A stretch of 64,000 nucleotides of DNA from an uncultured archaeon (GTDB lineage: Archaea; Asgardarchaeota; Heimdallarchaeia; Heimdallarchaeales; Heimdallarchaeaceae). The stretch covers positions 24,283 through 88,282 of the forward strand of contig CAZJUB010000003.1 in the NCBI GenBank assembly GCA_964549075.1, given 5' to 3'. The position numbers and the translations under genes were made by a program. Positions 19,554 through 27,700 of the stretch are shown in pieces. Within the stretch, counting starts at the first letter, position 1; each line of letters begins with the position of its first letter. The notes under the pieces are model-generated. The model made no database searches and had not been told where the DNA came from. It saw only the letters and a program-made list of their open reading frames with translations.

Positions 19554-20714
19554 TCAGTTCCCTCCTTTAACCAACTCAACTATGCGTTTTGCAGCAGGTT
19601 CCATTTTATTATAGGCATTGATACCATTTTTTTCTAGTATTTGTATTCCTTCTTCATCGTTTGTTCCGACTAAACGTATAACCATAGGTACCTTAATCTC
19701 GAATTTTTTGGATGCATTAATGATACCATTAGCAACATCATCACATCTGGTAATTCCTGCGAAGAAATTAATGAAAATACCTTTTACATCATGTGTAGAG
19801 AGCATTTCCAATGATTTCTCTATCTTTGTTTCATCTGCACCACCACCTACATCCAAAAAGTTTGCTGGAGAACTTCCATAAAATTGTAGTAAATCACAAG
19901 TTGCCATAGAAAGTCCAGCACCTCCCGATATGATACCAATATCACCATCAAGTTGGACATAGCTTATACCCGCTTGCTCTGCTTCGTACTCTAAATCAGT
20001 GAGTCTATCTATTTGAGATTTTAGATTAGCAATGTCAGGATGTCTATAGTACGCATTAGCATCTATTACAACCTTAGAATCTGCTGCAATAATTTGATTG
20101 TCTTTTGTGAGAATCAGGGGATTGATTTCGATTAGAGTCAGGTCTTTGTTTTGGGCCATTTTAAACATATTAGTCATAATATTTGTAAACGAAGTTAAAG
20201 TGTGAGTTTCGAATCCCAGTTTCTTCCCTAAGTCAATAAACATATAAGGTAAAGGCTCAATATAAACAGAAAAATGCTGTCTGAAGATTTCATCTGGATA
20301 CTTCTCAGCAACTTCCTCGATATCTACCCCACCTCTTGGACTAGCTAGAATAAGATATTGACCGGATTCATTATCTAACAGCACAGAAAGATAGAATTCG
20401 TTGGTAATCTCAACAGGTTGTTCGAGCATTACAAGCTCAACAGGTTTTCCTCTATGGTCTCTGCCCAGAATACTTTGTATATACTCTTCAGCTTCAGAAG
20501 CTGTGACTTTTTTAATAAGTCCAGCTTTTCCTCTTCCGCCTGAAAGAGCCTGAGCTTTCGCCATGAATACATCACTACCAAGTTCTTCAACAAAAGCTTG
20601 AATGCTTTCTTTTCCAGAATAAGCTTTGAATTTTGGAACTGGTATACCATTCTCTTTGAATAGTTGTTTGCCTTCAATTTCGTAAAGCATTGGCATGATG
20701 AGTCTTGTTTTCAT
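19554..20714 (-). CDS. sucC: Succinyl-CoA synthetase beta subunit
   Basis: LYEIEGK, KAQALSGGRGKAG, EINPL, GAGL and NFLDVGGG; the true start may be at 20696. Confidence 0.95.
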   Translation of the reverse strand: MKTRLIMPMLYEIEGKQLFKENGIPVPKFKAYSGKESIQAFVEELGSDVFMAKAQALSGGRGKAGLIKKVTASEAEEYIQSILGRDHRGKPVELVMLEQPVEITNEFYLSVLLDNESGQYLILASPRGGVDIEEVAEKYPDEIFRQHFSVYIEPLPYMFIDLGKKLGFETHTLTSFTNIMTNMFKMAQNKDLTLIEINPLILTKDNQIIAADSKVVIDANAYYRHPDIANLKSQIDRLTDLEYEAEQAGISYVQLDGDIGIISGGAGLSMATCDLLQFYGSSPANFLDVGGGADETKIEKSLEMLSTHDVKGIFINFFAGITRCDDVANGIINASKKFEIKVPMVIRLVGTNDEEGIQILEKNGINAYNKMEPAAKRIVELVKGGN

Positions 20715-20742
20715 GTAGGAATATAAATCTTACATTGTAACC

Positions 20743-21018
20743 TTATTTCGTAGCAAGTAAGCGTGTCATTCCTTGTGAGTCTACGCATACTCTACGGGGG
20801 TACATCACGTACCCTCCTACCCCATCAGCACTTCGTGGAGGAAGTGCATTTGGATCGCTTTTGATTAAGATATTATATGCAGCATTAACATCAGAATTGA
20901 TTTGAAATCCTAACTTAGAGGTGTATATTCCTCTCAGGGATTATTTTCCTTTATATTTTGCCCGATGTTGAAGGAATTCATTATCTAAGAAACTGCTTTT
21001 AGAAGTATGCGACTCATT
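20743..21018 (-). pseudogene. tnpB: IS200/IS605-family TnpB C-terminal remnant with in-frame stop
   Basis: Manual translation gives NESHTSKSSFLDNE...KYKGK*SLRGIYTSKLGFQINSDVNAAYNILIKSDPNA...ADGVGGYVMYP...TK*. It retains TSK.SFLD and the RuvC-III motif N.DVNAA, with a premature TAA at 20941-20943. Confidence 0.85.
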
Positions 21019-21135
21019 TGAAGACTAACTGGAATTGACGTGTTTTAAGGTCTTTGAAGTGAGCTTAGAATTTAGATAAAACTAAGTAATATTGGAAATA
21101 GAAAATAGAAGATTTAGAATGGAGTAAAAGAGAAA

Positions 21136-21450
21136 TTACTTCTTAACCATTTCGACTCTTTTTGTTCTTGGATAAGAAAGAACCCATTTTTTACCACAAT
21201 CAGGGCATGTCAATCTTAAATCGACTTTCTTAGAAGTTTTAGAAGCCATTTTGGTTTGAGTGACAGGACGCTTACTGAACCTACCTTGATTTCCATAACC
21301 TCTACGAGTACGTTTTTCTCGTCGAGCCATAGCACTCATACCACCTTTTCTTCGGGCAGATTTTTCTTGTTTAACTTTCATAGACTGGTGTTTCCCGCAT
21401 TTAGGACAATATTTAAACATTTTTTCTGGTATTTTGACCATTTGTGTCAC
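21136..21450 (-). CDS. rpl44e: 50S ribosomal protein L44e (eL42)
   Basis: KYCPKCGKH, GYGNQG and KTSKKVDLRLTCPDCGK. Confidence 0.95.
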   Translation of the reverse strand: MTQMVKIPEKMFKYCPKCGKHQSMKVKQEKSARRKGGMSAMARREKRTRRGYGNQGRFSKRPVTQTKMASKTSKKVDLRLTCPDCGKKWVLSYPRTKRVEMVKK

Positions 21451-21503
21451 TCATCCTTTTCTTTGGTTAACGTTTTTATTTGTTTCCTTTTTTGAGAGTC
21501 AAT

Positions 21504-21818
21504 TTAGATCTCTCTTAAAGCTTGTATATCTCGTAATCTTTGAAGAGGAATAACTTGATATGTTTTATTAGGTTGCTCTCTTCGAATGCTTAAGGGTAGA
21601 ACTTTTGCTCTTAATTCTAACTCAGAGATAACTAAAGGAGATTTGTTTTCTATATCCTCCATAGCTAACAGAATTGGAGCCCCCATACTGAGCTGTAGTG
21701 CTCGAGCACCTACAATTCTAGCACGTTCAAAACGAGTTAGTCTATCAGGACCAACTTTAACTTGTTTGGAAACAATTTCCCTTTGTTCCTCGCCTTCAAT
21801 TGTATCAGGAGCCACCAT
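21504..21818 (-). CDS. rpoK: DNA-directed RNA polymerase subunit Rpo6 (K)
   Basis: [22 protein letters not shown] signature. Confidence 0.97.
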   Translation of the reverse strand: MVAPDTIEGEEQREIVSKQVKVGPDRLTRFERARIVGARALQLSMGAPILLAMEDIENKSPLVISELELRAKVLPLSIRREQPNKTYQVIPLQRLRDIQALREI

Positions 21819-22151
21819 ACATCACCAAAACACGCTAGATGTTACATCATCCAAGTTTTAATGCATCTTAAAAATATTTAGTTATTAGGGAGAAATATTG
21901 GTTAGTAAAACGATTTTAATTAATAGCTTGCTTAAATAAAAAAGATGCACTATATCGAAATTTTTTTAATGCTGATAAAAAGCAAAAAAAACAAGCTAAT
22001 CGGAATATAGAGATAAGAAAAAGATTTTTCCCTTTGCATATCTGGAAAAACTTTAATAAGAAAATAACTCCAAATTAAACAGATAAGCAACCGAGAATAA
22101 GACTTATAAAATAACCTCTAAATGTAAAATAATAAAACGGAATGTCAGCAT

Positions 22152-22718
22152 ATGAGCATGTTCGGATCCTTTTCCTCATGGTTGAGAGCGAAGCTGAAGC
22201 GAGAGCAGAAAGCTAAAATATTGATACTTGGTCTCGATGCTGCCGGCAAGACCACTTTAACACGTTTTATGAGGTTTGGGAAGTTTGCTGAGAACCTTAC
22301 TCCAACCATAGGACAAAATATTGAAAGCTTCGAGTTTGAAGGATGGACAATTACTGCTATTGATGTGGCTGGTCAGTCCCATTTTAGGTTCCTATGGGAG
22401 GCTCACTATCCCGGTTGTAGTGCTGTTATTTTTGTTATAGATGCTGCTGACATCGAAAGATTACCTGAAGCAAGGGATGTTCTCAAAACTCATGTTTTTA
22501 ATAATCCTTACATGGAAAATGTTCCTACTTTGATTATGGCAAATAAACAAGATCTTCCTGGAGCCGTGGAAGCACCTTTGCTTATCCAAATGTTAGGATT
22601 ACATTTAGATCTTAAAGATCGAACTTTTGCTGTTTTTGATACAAGTATTCTTCATGGTAAAGGTATCAAAGAAGCTTTTATCTGGCTAGTAAATGAATTG
22701 GATACTCATTTACCTTAA
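22152..22718 (+). CDS. Arf-family small GTPase
   Basis: GLDAAGKTT, PTIG, DVAGQ..FRFLW..HY, FVIDAAD and ANKQD; N-terminal amphipathic helix. Confidence 0.92.
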   Translation: MSMFGSFSSWLRAKLKREQKAKILILGLDAAGKTTLTRFMRFGKFAENLTPTIGQNIESFEFEGWTITAIDVAGQSHFRFLWEAHYPGCSAVIFVIDAADIERLPEARDVLKTHVFNNPYMENVPTLIMANKQDLPGAVEAPLLIQMLGLHLDLKDRTFAVFDTSILHGKGIKEAFIWLVNELDTHLP

Positions 22719-22746
22719 TTAACTTGAATTAATCCTTATTATGAGA

Positions 22747-24036
22747 TTATTTTTCTTTAAATGCAAAATTAGCTAAAAATCCACCGGAATTGCTAGTTGT
22801 AATTGGATCTAAATAGATCGTTGCCTTTTGTAGTTGAGCCTTGATTTCTTTGAATTGTTCTGGTACTTCTCTTGCACTTAACGAATCTCGTGCTTTTAAT
22901 TTGCTTATCTCCTCAGCATGATTTATTGTTTTATAGTAAGCTTTCTGAGTGATACTTTTGACCACTGCTTCATTCTCTAAATAATCAATTGAGTGAGTAA
23001 TATAGGCTACAGAAGCTCTCTTATGTAAACATCTGAAAAGATCTGCAACAATTTTCTGCTGTTTTTCAGCGTAATTTCTTAATACTCCATAACTTAAATT
23101 CGATGAAAAGACAGGTATAATTGCAGTTCTAGAATTCTGTGGTTCCATAAAAACAGCAGTATATTTTATCTCATGACGTTCTCTCAGAAAACTATTAAAT
23201 GAAGCATGATGTACTCTAATTGCCTTTGATTTCGCTCTTTCCAAGTTTTTCCTAATAGCCTTAACCTGCATATCATTTTGAGCTAAAACAGTTATTGGAA
23301 TTTTATTATCAGTTAATTCAGCAATGTAGCTGGCAACATCTCCCTTATCAGTGGACATTACTAAAATGCTATCGCGTCTTCCTAGAGGAAGTGATTTTAC
23401 TCCTATAGCTTGAATAGGTGTAAGGATGTTGAAATATCCCCTGCGATATATTCTCATTTCAGTTAAAGGAGGAGCATAAGCTATGGATTCTTTTACTGAT
23501 ATTACTTCTCTTTGAGTTAAATTTGATAGTTCTGAGCTATTTACGTCTGCTATACCTTTTGCTATAAGATTGCTAGCTCCGTCTAGAATGCAAAGCTCAT
23601 CACCAACATTAAAATCATCGTATTTTGTAACATTAGCTGTTTGAACATCCTTACCAAGAGCTATACCTGTAGAAGCTTCATGATCAACTTTGACAATAGG
23701 TAAATCTGAGCGTTTTGTATCTAAATCTCTTTTAATTACATCGACTTCAATAAAATCATCTAAAAGCTCATGTTTTTTAGCACTAAATCCATGCTCATAA
23801 AATATCTCTAAAAGGGAATCAAAATCTATTTTATTCGTATTTACCTGAACCCACAATGTTTTCATTGGTGTTCTAAGACTTTCTATTAATTTGAGCATGT
23901 AATCTAAACCAAACTCTTCTAGCCAATGTTCAAGAAGACTTCCAGAGTAACTGAATTTCTTCATTAATTCTTGAAACATTGTAGTAGAATCATCTGATTC
24001 GTTATTAGAGTTCATTGTGGTAAGAAATTTCAGCAA
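22747..24036 (-). CDS. RsmB/NOP2/NSUN6-like protein with PUA domain, catalytic motifs degenerate
   Basis: QVNTNKI, a PUA domain (GKDVQTANV..FNVGDELCI) and LENEAVV are present; DAPCSG is replaced by MEPQNS and YSTCS by YITHS. Confidence 0.75.
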   Translation of the reverse strand: MLKFLTTMNSNNESDDSTTMFQELMKKFSYSGSLLEHWLEEFGLDYMLKLIESLRTPMKTLWVQVNTNKIDFDSLLEIFYEHGFSAKKHELLDDFIEVDVIKRDLDTKRSDLPIVKVDHEASTGIALGKDVQTANVTKYDDFNVGDELCILDGASNLIAKGIADVNSSELSNLTQREVISVKESIAYAPPLTEMRIYRRGYFNILTPIQAIGVKSLPLGRRDSILVMSTDKGDVASYIAELTDNKIPITVLAQNDMQVKAIRKNLERAKSKAIRVHHASFNSFLRERHEIKYTAVFMEPQNSRTAIIPVFSSNLSYGVLRNYAEKQQKIVADLFRCLHKRASVAYITHSIDYLENEAVVKSITQKAYYKTINHAEEISKLKARDSLSAREVPEQFKEIKAQLQKATIYLDPITTSNSGGFLANFAFKEK

Positions 24037-24131
24037 TTTAGCTTTAAGAATATTATTACTAACGTGAAGAAATAATAAATCCTCAACAAAAAGTTGAAAA
24101 AAGAGTTGTTTTAATTCACTTCGAGAAAAGA

Positions 24132-24650
24132 ATGGAATCAGATAAAATAGTAAGACAAGCTGAACTAGGTGATATCAATGATATTATTAAAATAAACAGA
24201 CTTTGTCTTCCTGAAAATTACTCTTTTGATTTCTTCTACCGAATCTTAACTGAATTTGGTTTTGCTTGTGCAATAGGTTTGGAGGATGGGAAAATAACTG
24301 GTTATCTTTTATCCAGAGTTGAAAGACCTTTTGCAACCTTTATCGGTCTGAATTCAGCAAAAGGGCATGTAATCTCAATAGCAGTTCTGCCCGAATTTAG
24401 AAGAAAAGGTTTTGGAGAAGAAATAATGAAATATGGGATGCAAAAACTCATTGAAAACAACGTTGAGACAATCTATTTAGAAGTAAGAGTATCCAATATC
24501 GCAGCAATTGAAATGTACAAAAAACTCGGTTTCTATATTAAACGAGAGTTTAAACATTATTATAGAGATGGAGAATCAGCTTTCGTTATGGAATGGGGTA
24601 AAAAACAAGAAAATGAGGAAATAGAAGAATTAGAGGATAGTTACTCCTAG
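24132..24650 (+). CDS. ard1: Ard1/RimI-type N-terminal acetyltransferase
   Basis: INRLCLPENY, GHVISIAVLPEFRRKGFG, LEVRVSN..AIEMY and YYRDGESA. Confidence 0.9.
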   Translation: MESDKIVRQAELGDINDIIKINRLCLPENYSFDFFYRILTEFGFACAIGLEDGKITGYLLSRVERPFATFIGLNSAKGHVISIAVLPEFRRKGFGEEIMKYGMQKLIENNVETIYLEVRVSNIAAIEMYKKLGFYIKREFKHYYRDGESAFVMEWGKKQENEEIEELEDSYS

Positions 24651-24718
24651 TTTGCTTCTTCATACTTCTTCGTAATAACGACATATTTATACTGAAAACT
24701 AAGTCGACAATTAGCAGT

Positions 24719-27700
24719 ATGACCATCCATTACTTAGATGAACCATCTACTCCAGTTTCTATTCATTCTTTCTTAGCAGATGAGATTAGAGATTGGTTTA
24801 CGTCTAAGTTTCCTGGAGGGTTCACACCACCTCAGTTGTATGCAATACCTTCAATTCATGAAAAACGGAATACACTTATATTTAGTTCAACAGGATCAGG
24901 AAAAACATTTGCTGCATTCTTAGCTTCAATTAATGAATTATTCAATGAAGCAAAAGAGGGAAAATTAAAGGACGAAATTTATGTTCTCTATATCTCACCT
25001 TTGAAAGCTTTGGGGAATGATATTAGAAAGAATCTTGAAGAACCATTACAAGGTATTCAAGAATTAGCAGCTTCTAATAATCTTGTTACACCAAAGATTC
25101 GTGTAGCTGTAAGAACAGGTGATACTACCCAAGCTGAAAGATCTAGTATGCTAAAACAACCTCCACATATTTTAATTACAACACCTGAAAGTTTAGGGTT
25201 GATAATCGCTTCACCGAAGTTTTCCTTAAGTCTGAAAAGTGTACGTTGGATTATAGTGGATGAAATTCATGAAGTGAGCTCAAACAAACGAGGAGTCTTT
25301 TTGTCACTATGTTTAGAATATTTACAACAAGAACTTACTGAAAATAATGTGACTCGAATAGGTCTTTCAGCAACTCAAGCTCCAATTGAGGAAATTGCGA
25401 GATTTCTTGTTGGTTTAGATGAGAATGGAAGAGAAAATGATTGCTATATTGCCAATCTACCTCCACAGAGAAAATTGGACCTTGAAGTGAAAAGTCCAGT
25501 TGAAGATCTTCTTCATACACCTTATATTATGATTCAAGAAGGAATTTACAATTTACTTGCTAATCTTATAATGGATCATGAAACCACTATTGTTTTCACC
25601 AATACTCGTAAAGGAGCAGAGAGTGTTTCATTCAAATTAAAGGAATATTTGGGGGATGAATATTCTTCTTCTATTGCTGTGCATCATTCCAGCCTTTCAC
25701 GAGAAATAAGATTAGATGTGGAAGACAAACTGAAGAATAATGAATTATTAGCAGCTGTTACATCTACCTCATTAGAATTAGGAATTGATATTGGAAGTGT
25801 AGAACTAGTTGCTCAAATAGGATCACCGAAAACTGTTGCTAAATATCTTCAGAGGGTAGGAAGAAGCGGACACTCACTTGATAGAATTGCTAAAGGTCGT
25901 TTGATAACAACTGATAGAGATGATGCAATTGAATGTGCAGTTTTAACTAAAAGTGCTTACAGCAGAGAAATCGACAAAGTTCAGATTCCTCACAATTGTT
26001 TAGATGTTCTATCACAGTTCATTGTTGGAATCTCTTTGATGAAAAGATGGAAAATGGATGAAGCATATTCCTTGATAAAGAGATCATATAACTATAACAC
26101 TTTAGATTTTGATGATTACCAGAAAGTTCTGGAATATCTCGGTGGTTACAATTTAGAAGTTGAAGAAAGAAAGATTTATCGAAAAATCTGGTATGATGAC
26201 AAAGAAAAGGCATTTGGAAAAAAGAAAGGATCACGATTAACTTACTATACTAATATAGGTACTATTCCCGAGAATGCAGATTATAGAGTAGAATTAGAAA
26301 CTTATAGAACTAGATTGGGGATGTTATCAGAGAGTTTTGTTGAAAGACTTACGCCTGGAGATGTTTTTGTTTTAGGTAGCCATACTTACCAATTTAAAAG
26401 AACAGTTGGATCTAGAGTGGTTGTATCTGAAGCATTTGGTAAACGTCCTACTATACCCAATTGGGTAGGAGAAGAATTACCTAGATCTTTTGAATTATCG
26501 CAACAAATTGGAAGATTTATTGAAGCTGTAGCGCAAAAGATACAAAAAGAAGATGAAGAAGCTGTCGTAGAATGGATACAAAGATCATTTCAAGTTGACA
26601 GTATTATTGCACAAACCATTGTAGAATATGTGAACCAACAGATTCAATATTTACACGTAACACCCAGTGATAAAAAATTGTTAGTTGAATCATTTATTGA
26701 TCCACAAGGAAGAATGATTCTTGTTTTCCACGGGTATTATGGTAGAAGAGTGAACGATACTCTGTCTAGAGCTTTTGCGTACGCTATTGGTTCTAATTTA
26801 GATGCAGATGTGGGATCAGCAGTTAATGATAATGGCTTTGTTTTAATGCTACCTGTAGACAAAATTTTCGATACTTCAATAATCCCTGAATTAATCAAAG
26901 TGGATAATTTAGAGAATATTCTAAAGAGTGCAATAATTAATACTGAACTTTTCTTGACAAGATTTAGACATGTTGCAAATAGATCTTTGATGATACTAAG
27001 AAGAAGTAATAACAGGAGTGTTCCTGTATCTCGACAAACCATGTACGCAAGAAGGATTTTCTCTACTATGAGAAATATGGATGATTTTTGTGTTATTAAG
27101 GAAACTTATCGGGAGATACTTCGAGATTATATGGATTTAACTAATAGCTTGATAGTTCTTGAAAAATTGCAGAAAAAGGAGTTCGAATATGTTATTACTC
27201 CTCTTACTGATATACCAAGTCCCTTTGCACATGGGATTGTATTGTTAGGTGTTTCTGATATAGTTCAAATATCTGATAGAAGCGCACTTCTGAGGGAATT
27301 ACATCAACAGGTTCTTGCTAAGGTTTTTGGTAAAGAAGGAACAAAAGAAATTTTGTTTGATGAAGAACTTGTTAGACGTATATTTAACAATCGTAGCTAT
27401 AAAAACAAAGAACTACCAATCTCGTCGTTAAAGCATTTGCGTGATGCAATGAGAGCTCTAGCACCGATTAAAACTATTGAAAGTATTCAACCTAGTATCT
27501 ATCACTTGAGTATAAGTGATCCAAAACAGATACAAAGTTGGTCTTTAGCTTTACACAATTCTGGAGAATTTGTAGAGATTTATGTTGCAAAAGGAGATAG
27601 ACGTTCAATTCCTCTAAAGGATTTTCAGTTATATTGGAATCTATATGTTACGACAATAGAAGAGAATGAGTTAGAGAAGAGGATTTTAGCAACATTAAAA

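Noticed and set aside
21860-22150. Long AT-rich intergenic region as a replication origin or ncRNA
   Set aside because: No ORB-like repeats, cdc6 neighbour or stable GC-rich structure; it fits divergent promoters for rpoK and the Arf gene.
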